Source of the DNA: Eledone cirrhosa
Lineage: Eukaryota
Reading direction: 5' to 3'
Length of the DNA stretch: 64,000 nucleotides
NCBI GenBank assembly: GCA_964016885.1
Contig: OZ024743.1
Coordinates: 123,318,001-123,382,000, forward strand
The stretch's first letter is position 1. Each line of letters begins with the position of its first letter. The notes beneath the pieces were generated by a model. The model was given only the letters and a program-made list of their open reading frames with translations, made no database searches and was not told the DNA's origin. A program made the position numbers and the translations under genes. Of this stretch, positions 24,366 through 37,258 are shown piece after piece.

Positions 24366-25450
24366 CGCGCCAGCTGTTCCGAGTAATAGCGTCTAGCGTC
24401 TAGCGGAAGAAATGTAGCTGTGTTAGGTATCGGTTGTGCCAGCGTGGAGCCCCCCATCGCCGGATGGCCATCGTATATACCAAGCGGTTGCCATTATATC
24501 ACACAGTGTAGGGGTTTAGTCAAGTGCTAGTAGGAAGAGGCATGATACAGCTAAGGGTTATGACTAAGCCTAGAAAATAAGGGTACTATTTGGCGATCAA
24601 TACCGGCGGCGTGTCGAGTCTCGAGCCCGGCATAGCCCCGTGACGAAGGAACGGTTCCGAGTAATTTCGTTTATCGAAAAAAGGGGAAATTTATTTTCCC
24701 AAGCACTCAAGGAAGGCTAAAACGCTCGATTGGCCGGCGCGCAGTCAGAAAATCCGCCATATCCGTCGTATCACCGCGTGTTACCAGACAATTAATATTT
24801 ATTCACACCCGTGGTGTGAGGTTGAGAGTGGTAAAACGCGATGAAATGCGCTAATAGCCTATATCAAGTCCCCAGTTAGTCCAGGTTGTATTAGTGTGGT
24901 TCTAAGGTGGTTATGGAGAATGAATAAGGGAAAGATATATGGGTGCATAGAGTAATATTCCAGGGTCGAGTGCTAATCATCACAGTGGTAGATATGTACT
25001 GGGAATAGAGCGAGTAAGTACATACATAAGTAAAAGGAATACTATGCAAAATACAACATAAAAAGTAAAAGTCCGAATGCGTAAATAAATAAAACAATAA
25101 AAATACATAAATAAATAAAAATACAGTCATAACTAGGGTGGTGATGCATGGAGTAAAACGGAAGTACAGAGAACATATCGAGGAGAACATATCGAGGAAA
25201 TCAAAACACAGGGAAATATAAGCACAGGGGAAATATAAACACAGGGGTAATATAAGACAGATCGAGGGGCATTCGGATAATACAGGGTTATACATATAGA
25301 TATAGAGGAAGGAAGAGAAGGAGTGGTATCAGGTGATACCTGGTGTACGTTCGAGTCTTAATATTCAACGTGGATCACAAATGCCCTGAAGTATAGGATA
25401 GAGAAATCAGTCAATACAATACACGCAATATTATAATACGCAGAAATATT
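23684..25450 (-). mobile_element. Probable PLE 3' UTR/pseudo-LTR remnant with hammerhead at 23734-23789
   Basis: Minus strand: TAC-CTGATGA-TGTCACCGG..CCGGTCATT-GAAA-TGATCA-TA-GTA next to (TA)n. Upstream GC-richer, strand-biased region resembles the 3' UTR at 145-1240; its extent is uncertain. Confidence 0.55.
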
Positions 25451-25695
25451 TAGAGGAAATATTTAGTGGAATCAATCAGAGCAAACATCACGGACGCTCT
25501 ATCTCAAAATTATTTTTGAAAAGCATTAGAAATGCGCAACCGGTAAAACTTAAAACCAAAACTGAATACTAACCAATACAATTACTAATTCTCACTTATT
25601 CCTAATTAAACTATTTTTCACTGTGAACAATTTGTCAGCATTTTCTATTCCGTTTACCAATATAAAATAACTTGTGTGTTACACCTCTATTCTTT

Positions 25696-25765
<70 letters not shown>

Positions 25766-25902
25766 GTATATATATATATATATATATTAGAAATAGAAGC
25801 TTTCGCCTGATAGTGATGTTTAGAAACCTCCATTTCTTGGAGGGTTTTAAACCCCACTGTCAGGCTAAATATTTCTTTAGTTATATATCTATATTTATAT
25901 AT

Positions 25903-26864
25903 ATGGGTGCCTGGCACCTCGAGTGCCTACATGCGCTCACAGCCCTCTACCAAGAGGAAACGGCAATCAGCGATGACTCCACTTTGACATTCTGTAGGGG
26001 ATTAGTAGAGGATAGGTGCGACGACGTTCTCGGGCAAACTCTAGGCATTGAGGACGAACTGACCAGTCTGTTCGGGAGGACTTTCCGTCAAGGGCATATG
26101 GATAAATTCCAGAGGTCTCTGGCCTAGCAGTGCTACGGAGGAGCTCTACCAGTTCGAGACAAAATCTACAGGCACGGACGCCCTGGCAAAAGAACCTGTC
26201 CAAGATGCGAGCAGGACATCGAAACCGTTCTGCACGCAATTCTTCAGTGCCCAGAGGTGACCGACCTGTGGAATTGAGTCGAACAGCTACTGTCACGTGT
26301 AGGACTCATCCAGTTGTCAGCCGAGTCCATCGTGAGGTTCAGCCCGCCGCCTTCCTTTAAGAACGAAGGAGAGGCGGTTTTCCTCTGTCTGGTGGCTATG
26401 GCTAAAGAAGTAATATGGTGGACGAGGTTAAAAGGACTGAGGGCAAACACCTTTCTCTCCGGACAACAACTTATCCCCTTCTTTAAGTATCACTTCAGAA
26501 GGAAGGTGAGAGTGGAGAGAGAGGTGCTACACCCCAGTAAATTCGCTGAAAGGTGGGTGAATGTGGCGAAAATGGCCCGAGTGAATGGGCCTTCTCTGTA
26601 TATAAGCTTGTAGGTTGAGGAAGATAAACACAGGGAAGACGGGAACACCTACAAAACGTGTTCCTGATGTTGAGGGTTGTTCTATCCACGGGGTGTAAAA
26701 CAACCCTGCAGTAACGCCCCCCCCCCCCTATTGGGGATTTCAATTGTTAATTTATTATGTATAGTTTATTGTTATTTATTGATGTTAAAGTTATTTTTAC
26801 GTAAAACCCCCGCCGTCACGTCTTGTAATGTCCTATTTTGTACGCCCCTGTGCCAAATAAAGAA

Positions 26865-26866
<2 letters not shown>
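25903..26866 (+). mobile_element. L1/Tx1-clade LINE 3' fragment (zf-RVT CCHC, C-terminus, 3' UTR) inserted in TA repeat
   Basis: GALPVRDKIYRHG..TCPRCEQDIETVLHAILQCP..DLW and AMAKEVIWWTR; in-frame stops; AATAAA directly before (TA)n. Confidence 0.85.
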
Positions 26867-26921
<55 letters not shown>

Positions 26922-28693
26922 GGGGGGGGGGTATGTGTGTGTGTGTGTGTGTGTTTGTGTGTGTGTGGTGCCAAGTGTTTCCGGAGAATAAATAAAGGAA
27001 AACGAGCGCCCTATATTAAGTGAAGAGCTAAAATATATTATTACAAACAATTTCTCCTGCTTCCTCCAGATTCAAAGACTACTTTAGCTTAGGTCATAGA
27101 GACACTATATATATTTAAATGTTATTTATTCATTCATTTGTATTTTTATCTCTTCTTATTACACCTACATATTGTGTTCCTTTTGATGCAACATTATTCC
27201 ATTTGACCATTCCAAATGCTAATGGCCGCATGTTTTCCTAAAATTCTCAAATAGAAAGCCTTAGCTATCGTCATTGATTGTTTAATTCTATTCCATTATC
27301 GGTTACGATGAGAAAGGATCAAAGTTCCAACATGCTGGCTTAAAATTGCATTTATCTTCAGCCTGAAATGATTCATATTATTCCTTTCAAACATTAATAC
27401 AGCAATAAAATGACAATTAATTAATTTTAAGAGAGATATAATTCGTTTTCCTTTTTTTTTTATAGAAGAAAAATGGTTACCTCGTTTGTTATAACGCATC
27501 TCAAAACGTGCTCTCTATAGTTAATTATTGTTCGAGAACAAATAGTTATGCCGTTTGTTATAATGCATCTTAAAATATGTTTGCTATAGTTGATTATGGT
27601 TCCAGAACAATTACAAGGTCAAGATAGTGACAGAAGTAATTTGCTATTAAAGAACAAAAAAAATTTGGCTTGATCAATTACAATCTCGTGAATAAAATAT
27701 TAATACAACCATTCGATTATTACCAATTGAACCGAGTGATCGAACAAGGAATGTAACACAACTTGTCGTTGAATCCACTGGTAGGAACAGGAGTACAGGT
27801 ACACCATTGGTAACGTCGTCTCCAAACCCTTTTTTATGGCAGGGACTGAATGCAATTATACCAGCTAACAATTAACAATGCAGATTTGAAATTCTTAATG
27901 TTCGATTGTTGACAGTGGTGAGAGATAATTGATTTTGCCAAGAACGCAGTACATTGCCGGTAGGTTGATATGAACGTCCGAATTGGTAATTTGTAAAATA
28001 AAATAAAACCCCAAGTCTCCGGTTTCTGTGGTTTTAGTAATAAAAATATATGTATTTCTTTCCAAATTTTGTTTTTAATAATTAACAAATTTGATAAATC
28101 CAGAATAATTCTCACTGCATTTTTATATAATTCATACTACAAGTATTAATGCGACTGCGGGTGACCTACTAGAGGCAGTTCTCATGGTTACTCAATACAG
28201 ATTAGAATCACAAACGACAGCCAGTATCGAAAAAAAATGATGATCAATGACGTTTGATATCACATTAATATAAAGTTTGTAATGAGGGATTAAAAGACTT
28301 GTATTTATTCTCATATGCATATTAATATGTACAGTACGTGCGTATGTATATGTGTATGAACGTATGTATCTGAATACATATAAATGCATGTATCTTTCTT
28401 TTAACAAACACACACAGACACGTATAAAATATTTATCTATATATATATATATAACGGTGATGACTTTGTTTTGCAAGTATTTTGATATGAAATTAATCGT
28501 GTGTTGAAACAAATATTGTTATATTTGGGGAGGGTCATATTGATATAATATTGCCAGAAATAATAATAAAACACACTCACTGTTTGGTTTGGATTGGCTT
28601 TCGTTTCTGTATCTTTTATATCCCTATAGTTAATTTATTTGGCAATCAATGTTTATTATTGATTGACCAACGGTTAAAAATACTGATATAAAT

Positions 28694-28744
<51 letters not shown>

Positions 28745-28745
<1 letters not shown>

Positions 28746-28809
28746 GACATCATCGGTGGTACTATTATGTTTCCTCCCGTTGCATTATAATGTCTACGCC
28801 ATTTTAATT

Positions 28810-28852
<43 letters not shown>

Positions 28853-31280
28853 TTTTTGTCACTATCTGTTTGCGCATGCGTTTGCGTGTGCGTTTTCTGT
28901 TTGAGTCTATGTGTATTCTATATTTGTTCACTAGTGTGTGTTTATGTGTGTTTGTTGTTATTGTACTTGTGTATATATTTATTTATTTATTTATTTATTT
29001 ATTTATATTTCCCTTAGGTCAGTATTGTATGTTTGGGTATGGTTGTTGTTCCATTCGTCTTTTCTATTCAACTTTGGTTTTCTTAGTTCTATCTCAGTTG
29101 CTTCTCTGATTTGCCTACCTGTTGAGTCATTTCTATGTTTAGATATCATTTTAATTTTTATGTTGTCTATGTTACCATCATGTCTTTGTCTGGCGTGTTC
29201 ATATAGTACTGAACCGTTTTTTGTCCTTTTAGTTCCCCTCAGTGTTGGTCTATTCTCTCTCCTATGTATGTCGTTGTCATGTTTCTACAAGTACCCTCTG
29301 TACATCCTATGCTATACACTACAGTTTTACAATTTATTTGAGGGTTCAATCTACATATAACACATTTCTTATTCGTACAGTGGGTTTTCTTAAAGGGGTA
29401 TTTTTAACGATCAGGGATTTTATGGTAGTTCCTGGCTTTTCTACCACTTTAATCTTTAAGCTAATTTCGCTCCAGGGGTAGCATAAATGAACATGACACT
29501 CTGGTATCTCTGGTTGTCGTGCCATGAGGTGACTTTCCCTATCTTATGTTTAATCCTATCTAAGCTATTCCTGGATTTGCTCCTGTACAATGGGAAAATT
29601 CCTTTCATGTCCATTTCTATGAGGGCCTTATATTCCCCGTGTCTCCTTTGTATACTCTGACGCTGCCTCTTTGGTTGTAGCCAGAGAACTGCATGCGGTT
29701 GATGAAGTGTTGGATGTGTCTTTCCATTTTAGTTGGATCGCACATGCGGAACACATTCTTCATCACTCTTATCAAGTCTGCGATCAGAATATTAAACTTA
29801 GCACTATTAGACATTGCTGAGTTTTTGAGTATCAGGTATTTGGAGGCCATGGGTTTAGCGTAATGTGAGTGAAGAATTTGGGCCCTCTCGTTTATAGTGT
29901 TTAACCAGAGTTCCGTGTCTAATACTGGTAGTCTATTGTTAGGGTGTTTGAAAGGGTAGTCAATAGTTATAGTTATACTCTGGTGTATGGAGTTAGCTAT
30001 CTGCTGTATGCTTTCCATTGTGATATTTTCTAGTTCAGGTTTATTGGTACTCTCTTGTGGGGGGGGGGTTCTTATTATTATATTAATATCGTCTATGTAA
30101 CGAGAGTACATGACGAGGGCTATGGAGTTCCTTTCTAGGAATTCTCTGAGCCTCCTTTCCCACCATACCATAAATAGGTTGGCAACATCGCCAGCTATGT
30201 TGACGCCAATGGCTGCTACCTCATTCTGGGTGTAGATTTTCTCATTAAATTTAGTTTAATACTAGCCCCTACTGAATGTGCGACAATTTTTCTCATTGTT
30301 TTGGGGTGTCCGTATGGCTTTGGTCCATCCATTCCATCTTCCTATGGGAGTATTTTTAGCCGTTGAGGTTATGGGGGGGGGTCTACCTCTTATAGGTCTA
30401 CTGGAGGCAGAAACAGCGAATGTCATAATTATCTAAATATTCAGTGACACATGTAAGTCTATGTAGGAGACCCAGTTCACCTGTGTCGACGTTGCAGAAC
30501 ATCACTTCACTATCACTGATTATTTCCACACATTTTTCCACAGCAAAATCAATGTCAATGGACGGGTACAGGGATATTACATCCATACTGCCCATTATGC
30601 AGTTTGTTAAGTTTTCGTTGTGGTTGCATTCATTGATTCTACTGCGGAGGACCTCTGTGCTGTCGCATATATCTGGGGACATCTTAATTATGGGGCATAT
30701 AATCATAGAGAGGAAGTAGGGCATACAGGTCTTTTTGATGGTCCTGTCATAGGTTTGTTAGTTGTCTTATGCTCTTTGCAGAGTCCATATAAGGGTGGTA
30801 TGTCATTGTTAGAGGCTTGGAAATTATTGGCTGCGCGTCTTCTTAGTTTTAGGATGTCGGTGCACATCATTATGTGAGCATTGAGGACCTTTTCTCTCTC
30901 CTCATGTGTCTGTTGTGTTGTTTCGCTCGTGTTGATGATGTGGGGTTGCATAACCTTGATGTAGTTTGGCATGATGTATAATCCTATCAGATTTATCTGT
31001 AGATAGACACACTACCTCACCATCCCTTGTGCGCTGCATGAGGCTAAGTAGGCCTTCTACAGGATTTCTTCTAATTTGTTGAATTTCTGGTCTGTTTTGT
31101 CTCCTAGTATATTGTTCTACTACTTGTCTAGGTTTATTTCTAGCTATGGTAAACTGTGCCTCTGTTTGGTCATCTATTTGTTGTCGTATACAAACTCTTT
31201 TATCAAAATGTAATTTAGTGGGGTAAATTTTGTTCATCTTGTATGTTTTGTCAGCTGGGTTGAAGTACAAGTTCCCTAAG
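28745..31280 (-). mobile_element. Decayed Penelope-like element with RT and C-terminal GIY-YIG endonuclease (possibly Nematis-type)
   Basis: STDKS, PPLYGL.K.HK...RPVC, GSMDVISLYPSID, IYTQ..AIG.NIAGDVANLFMVWW, RYIDDI, LPVLDTELW, VVYSIGC...TYIGE, RQIREA.EI, LNRKDEWN; stop at 29003; many frameshifts; (TA)n flanks. Confidence 0.9.
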
Positions 31281-31366
31281 AGTTTGTCATTAAATCTACC
31301 GTTGTAATTGTGTGTACTATAATTTTTGTCATAATAATATCTATAAATAAATGAATAAATAAATAA

Positions 31367-31438
<72 letters not shown>

Positions 31439-31925
31439 AAAGTAAAATAACGGAGCAAAGGACTCGCATCAGCATATGGAAGACCGATATTGTCCGCACT
31501 ATTAGAGAGAACTAAAGTAAACTACCATTCGCACGTGTAAAGATAAGGGAAATGCGTGCGCGGGGCAGTAACCGGTGGCATGAATAGAACAAGCTGCTAG
31601 AAATGGCAGCCTATACTATTCAATTTATGGTGCTCAACAGCAGAGAGAGCGCAAGGAGCAGATATCAAGTAAAATAATGGAGCAAATGACTCGCGTATAA
31701 TCCTGTAATTAAATGAACTCAAAGGAAAGAGTTTTCCTGGGCACTTTAAAATACAATATATAGAGGGGAAAGATACAGAAGAGTGTGTTTTTCTTTACAG
31801 GAATTTCAAACCACCAGCGTGAAGAGAATATAAGCTACTAGAGGCATAGGAAAAACATTAAAATTAAAATTATAAATTGAAATGAGAAACCACCTCACCT
31901 AAATCACTCATGTACACACTCACCA

Positions 31926-31958
31926 GGAGAATGTTTCGCCATTTTAGTGGGTTCATCA

Positions 31959-31961
<3 letters not shown>
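31926..31961 (-). ncRNA. Truncated minimal hammerhead abutting (TA)n
   Basis: Minus strand: CTGATGA-ACCCACTAAAATGGC-GAAA-CATTC; stem I 5' arm lost. Confidence 0.45.
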
Positions 31962-32004
<43 letters not shown>

Positions 32005-32005
<1 letters not shown>

Positions 32006-32520
32006 TTAAAACGACAACAACAGGCTGGGCTGGAATATTTTTCTTTAGAATTTCTTTCTTTAGAATTTTAATTCCGTGAAAGCACTATACATATTTCGAT
32101 GGCCCAGCTCTTTGCAAGACTAGGCTATTTCATCAGGTGTTATCTGTAGAATTATGTAACAGGATTATGTTGAACCCAAACATAGAATAGAAGATAGGAG
32201 ATATAATAATAGCTGATAGAAAATAAAAAATTCGATTTGGGGACAGCCTGCTAATATGGTGTTATATTGATAGGTGACGGTCCTCGAATCGAATATTCCA
32301 TTTTCTATCTTCTACCTTTTTTTATCGACTATCTTCTATTCTATGTTTGGGTTCAATGTAATCCTGTTACATAATTCTACAGATAACACCTGACGAAATA
32401 GCCTAGTATTGCATCATAATCGGATGATAAAGTTAGGCCAGTGAAATATGTATAGTGCTTTCGCAGAATTAAAATTCTAAAGTAAATTTTCCAGTCCAGC
32501 CTTCTGTGTTGTTTTAATGA
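32005..32520. repeat. Diverged fold-back pseudo-LTR with one hammerhead per arm (32083-32139 minus; 32387-32457 plus)
   Basis: Arms ~250 bp. CAC-CTGA(T/C)GA-AATAGCCTAG...(C/T)T(G/A)GGCCA..-GAAA-TATGTA-TA-GTG; stem II loop differs between arms. Confidence 0.8.
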
Positions 32521-32905
32521 ATACTTCGCTCCATTCCTACACCAGCCACTGGATACCACATCTGCGATGGATGATTTACACAATGTTGAGTGCTTTAATT
32601 AATTTCATGCATCATCGTTTAACAACCTGAACCATCGGTTCTACCCATAGGTAAACAGCCTAAAATAATAGAGTCTGAACGAAAGGACAATTAAACTTAA
32701 AAAGAATTGTTTTTGAAAATCTGAAAACGGAGAAAGCTTTGCTAAACATCTATTTTTTGTATATGTTATAAAGATACTTTTTATATAAATACCAAGTGCG
32801 CTTTCCGAACCCCCTTTTTATTATCATTTTTCTTATATAAGGTAATCTGTATAAAAGGTTTTCTAACGTCTACACTTTTTCACTTTTTTTCACAATATAT
32901 ATATA

Positions 32906-33313
32906 TCTCCTTATAATATATAACCAGCAATTTCTCTGTCTGTCTGTGCGACAGTGGAAACACGTGCGCGCGTGCGAATGTTTTTTGCGCACGCGTAGAG
33001 AGAGAGTGAGAGTGAAAGAAAGAGACAGATTATAAGAGGGGGATAGCGGGGGGAGAGAGGGGGGAATTGAGGAGTGCTACAGAAACATATATACATTTCT
33101 GTGTGTGTGTAATATATATATATATACACACACAGAAATATATATATATACACACAGAAATATATATACATTTCTTTGTGTGTAATATATATATATATAC
33201 ACCCAGAAATATATATACATTTCTGTGTGTGTAATATATATATATATATACACACACAGAAATATATATACATTTCTGTGTGTATATATATATGGTGGGC
33301 GGTTTTCTGCTAG
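32906..33313 (+). mobile_element. Non-autonomous Helitron unit 1 (internally deleted/expanded)
   Basis: A|TC start, TATATAACCAGCAATTTCTCTGTCTGTCTG, end GGGCGGTTTTCTG-CTAG; internal tandem ACACAGAAATATATATACATTTCTGTGT palindromic repeats. Confidence 0.7.
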
Positions 33314-34255
33314 TCTACTTATATATATAACCAGCAATTTCTCTGTCTGTCTGTCCGACAGTGGAAACACGTGCGTAGAGAGAGAGGGAGAGTGAAATAA
33401 AGAGACAGACTACGAGAGGAGGATAGCGGGAGGGAGAGAGGGAGAGAGAGAGAGAGAGTGAATAGACGCTAAAACACGTGCTATAGAAACATTACCTTCC
33501 CCTCTCCACTGACTTTGGTCACTGAGGCCGAGGGAATCGCTGGTTGCTATAGAGACACGTTGCACAAGCCAGAAGTAACCAGTTCGAGGTGGTTCTGACT
33601 TGACACCATGCGAAGAAGGTTGCCATTGAATTTGTGGTTTGAAGAAGGTTGCCATTGAATTTGTGGTTCTTGCTGCTGATAATAAGGACCATTTGAAGAA
33701 GGTTGCTGCTGATGAGGTAATTTATTAATCAGATTGCGCAGTTCCATAACCTACGTTTGATTTGTTCAATTTTTTTCTTCAATTTTTTTTGTTGTTTTTT
33801 TTATTTCTTATTGAAAAAATATAAATAATAAAATAGGGTTAGAAATTTAAATACAATTAAATACGATTTAATTTCCATTTCCAGCAGCCAATGTCCAGTG
33901 TTCAATTTCATGAAAAAATTGGAAATAATTCAAAAAATTGAAGTTTAACTTTTGAACATTTGTTTTGACAATAAAAAAATATTGCCTTCTTCACACCTAA
34001 TGGTATGATTAAAATTTCATGGGAATATTTTTTTTTAACCGCCAGTTATTTATTTTCTCCTTTTTCGTTTTAACATATATTTATTTCAAAGATTTCACCG
34101 TATAGATAACATATATATTTATACATGCATAAAAGACACACCGAGAGACGGTGAACATGTGGTGCCGAAAACATTTCTCATCCAAATCTCAACAATATCA
34201 GTATATACACTAGATTTGCTAGCAGAAAACCGCCCACCGGGTGGTTTTCTGCTAG
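33314..34255 (+). mobile_element. Non-autonomous Helitron unit 2
   Basis: Begins TC directly after unit 1 CTAG; same 5' region; terminal hairpin CTAGCAGAAAACCGCCC-ACC-GGGTGGTTTTCTGCTAG. Confidence 0.75.
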
Positions 34256-34276
34256 TCTATATATATAAAACTGAGG

Positions 34277-34315
<39 letters not shown>

Positions 34316-35202
34316 CAAAAACCTTCGGCACACATCTTCTCTTAAACCGTACGTTCAAATTTCGGTGAAATTGCTACACCTATAGATGAAGGTCCGGCGG
34401 AGACATCGGTCAAAACATTTTTCAAATCGACCCACGCCAAGTGTAAAAATCAAATTTTTTTCAGTTCAAATGTATAAATAGAGATGAGAGACGAGTTATT
34501 TCCCTTTTAAGGCGTCATTTGTTTATCTATTTACGTTACGAATAAACTACGCGTACAAAAATACGCGAACAGTTTTGGGGTCAGCAAAATTTTAACCTGC
34601 AAAATTTATGAGTTCGAAGTTGTAGCATTAAGCTTCCATTTTGCTTCATTTCCATTAAAAAGTCTTTTAAAACAATATTTCAGCGCATCAGCCTCGCCAT
34701 CACCCGAGGCAACGCTGCGAGTGTGCTGGCTTGCCTCAAAATTAGAGAGGTTGCCCAGTACTCGTGACGTTGCTGACTTTTTCTCTGGTGTTGGCTCCGT
34801 TGTTCACCCCTTCCTTTACATTTTCTTTAATATTGTAGTTTATGTATATATTTAAAATATATTTGTTATGTTATTCTACGGTAAATTTATTTATATGCTC
34901 TGTTTTTCCCCTCAAAAATCTATGAAACTACATACATGTTGCAACTCTCTCTATATATATATATCACACACACACATATACATATACATCTAAAGAGAGA
35001 AAGGGAGATGTAGAGAGAGATATAGGTCGTTATACAGAGAGAGGTAAAAGATAATCAGATAGAGAGACAGAGAGAGAGAGAGAATGGTGACGAACCCTGG
35101 TTCACACACACACACATATATATATAAAGAGAGAGAGAGAGAGAGAGAGATCTGCGCGTTCTTTATTGTTCTCAATTCTGTATGAGGAAGAGAGAGAGGG
35201 GG

Positions 35203-35251
<49 letters not shown>

Positions 35252-36266
35252 CTGAGAAAAAAGGCAGAGGGGTTGAGAAAGAAAGAAAGTTTAAGCAAAG
35301 AATCGCTGCTTTCAACATTAACGGGATCTTCTTAAACTAATAAATTCTATCTGTCGACGCAGAATTAAATATTTCGAGAAACGTTGCAACCGGAAAACAG
35401 GAAGACGATATTTTGGTTCGTGAAGACGTTCCGTGGTAATGAACGGAAAAAAGCGAGGATATTACGTCGTTATGTGGACCGAGAAGAACAATTTCTTGCA
35501 AAGACAAGATCAAGTTTATGGTGTAAATGGAGTCGTTAGACTAATATTCTATTTAAAATAACAGAATGATTTCCAGCCCCGGAGTTTAAGAATGATGTAA
35601 ATAAAATTGTAAACGAAAATGACAGAGGTTATTAAAATAGTTGTTTTTACTTTTGGCACAAGGCCAGCAATTAACCAGTACATTACTGGTACTTTATTTT
35701 ATCGACCCCGTAAGAATGAAAGGCAGAGTTAACCTCGACGGGATTTTAACTTTGCCTTAAAATAGTAAAAGTAAATAGTGAAGATTTAGGCCAGTACATA
35801 CGTATGCGCCGACGGACATACACATACATATACATACGCACACACAAATACACACGCACACACACACACAGGCGCGCATGTGTGTGTGTAAACCTTATGC
35901 ATTTCTACAGTATTTTCACCAAACTTAAGACATAGGTTACTTATGTACTCCGGATGGTTATGGGCACTTTCATTTTTCCAGATATTGATTATAGGGCCCC
36001 CCGGCAGATAACCCCCTTTATCCGCTTCATTGGAGTCGACTGAAGCATTGCTAGGGGAATGCAACAAAACGTCATAACTTCTGGAGTTCGCAACCGATTT
36101 TCACAAAACTTGACACATGGGCTACGTTTGTTCTACAGATGAATGTGAACTCTCAGAATTGGCACATATTGAGTAGGGGAACTCTGGGGGCAGGAAGCCC
36201 CTTTTGGAAAAAGCCGATGATTTTGTAAAAGTATAGTTTTCCAAGCAGCACGCGTACTTCTGCTAG
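34256..36266 (+). mobile_element. Non-autonomous Helitron unit 3 (different family, contains a SINE fragment)
   Basis: TCTATATATATAAAACTGAGGTTG(TCTG)n start; ends GTACTTCTG-CTAG|T like the Helitron at 10863; SINE fragment at 35635-35755. May be composite. Confidence 0.6.
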
Positions 36267-36296
36267 TATTATATATAAGGAAAAAAGATGAAATCG

Positions 36297-36546
36297 AAAA
36301 TGCAACTGGAGTCTTATTTTTTTAAATATATATTTATTTGGTTCCTTTACCGGTTTCGCAGTTCTTGTGCTTTTCAACAGTAGAATTGAGATGGAATATT
36401 TCTGGTTTTTCTCCCATCTCGCATGCGAGAAAAAACCACAAAACCCTCCATCTCAATTCTACTTTTGAAAAGCACAAGAACTGCGAAACCGGTAAAGGAA
36501 TCAAATAAATATATATTTTTAAAAAAAAAGAGTCCAGTTGCATTTT
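36297..36546. repeat. Fold-back with a minimal U3-A8 hammerhead in each arm (36462-36497 plus; 36345-36380 minus)
   Basis: Centre TCTCGCATGCGAGA; CTT-TTGAAAA-GCA-CAAGAAC-TGC-GAAA-CCGG-TA-AAG; palindromic stem III ACCGGT, triplet GTA. Confidence 0.7.
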
Positions 36547-36607
36547 TGGTATACTTTCACTCGTGTAGGACATCTCGTTTTTTTTCATTCTGTAAAAAAG
36601 ACCTCAC

Positions 36608-36662
<55 letters not shown>

Positions 36663-36664
36663 CC

Positions 36665-36985
36665 CCCTTCGATCACGAATGACCATGTGATTTCAACCTA
36701 GAAAGTTCCCCTCTGAGGCACGAGTTCGGACAAGGATATTTTTGGAAGACCAGCAGTCGCTCATGCATACTAATCTTCCCTCTCCATGACACCGATGTTG
36801 TCCAAGGGAAAGGCAAGGGTCGATACAGCTTGGTACCAGTGACATCGCAACTCTTTTTTACAGCTGAGTGAACTTGAGCAATGTGAAATAAAGTGCATTG
36901 CTCAAGAACAGAACGCAAAGCCAGGGCCGAGAATCGAACTCACAACCTCGGGATTGTAAGACCGACACTGTAACCACTAACCCAT
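36665..36985 (-). mobile_element. tRNA-derived CORE-SINE (Octopus OR-like)
   Basis: Minus strand: A box TTAGTGGTTA, B box GAGTTCGATTC, TTCTTGAGCAATGCACTTTATTTCAC; tail different from the 21305 family. Confidence 0.8.
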
Positions 36986-36995
36986 GTATGTATAT

Positions 36996-37098
<103 letters not shown>

Positions 37099-37258
37099 TA
37101 CGCGTATACTTGAAGCTGAACATTTCATTAAATGTTGCACCAACTTTCACGTTTCAAATCTTAAAGCGACAATGAAGTTTTGAGCAAAGGCAACCAGTAT
37201 ATATGACTATCGGAAGAAAACTAAAATCACCAGACTTTATATAAAACATTATTACGGG

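Noticed and set aside
27674-27871. GC-richer patch with a 65-aa ORF
   Set aside because: No recognisable homology or convincing donor site.
28745-31280. Possible Naiad-type selenoprotein-encoding PLE
   Set aside because: The endonuclease is C-terminal and the interruptions are ordinary frameshifts and mixed stops, not conserved UGA codons.
33075-33290. Regularly spaced palindromic repeats resembling a CRISPR array
   Set aside because: Eukaryotic context, no unique spacers; it is a microsatellite-derived tandem repeat inside a Helitron.
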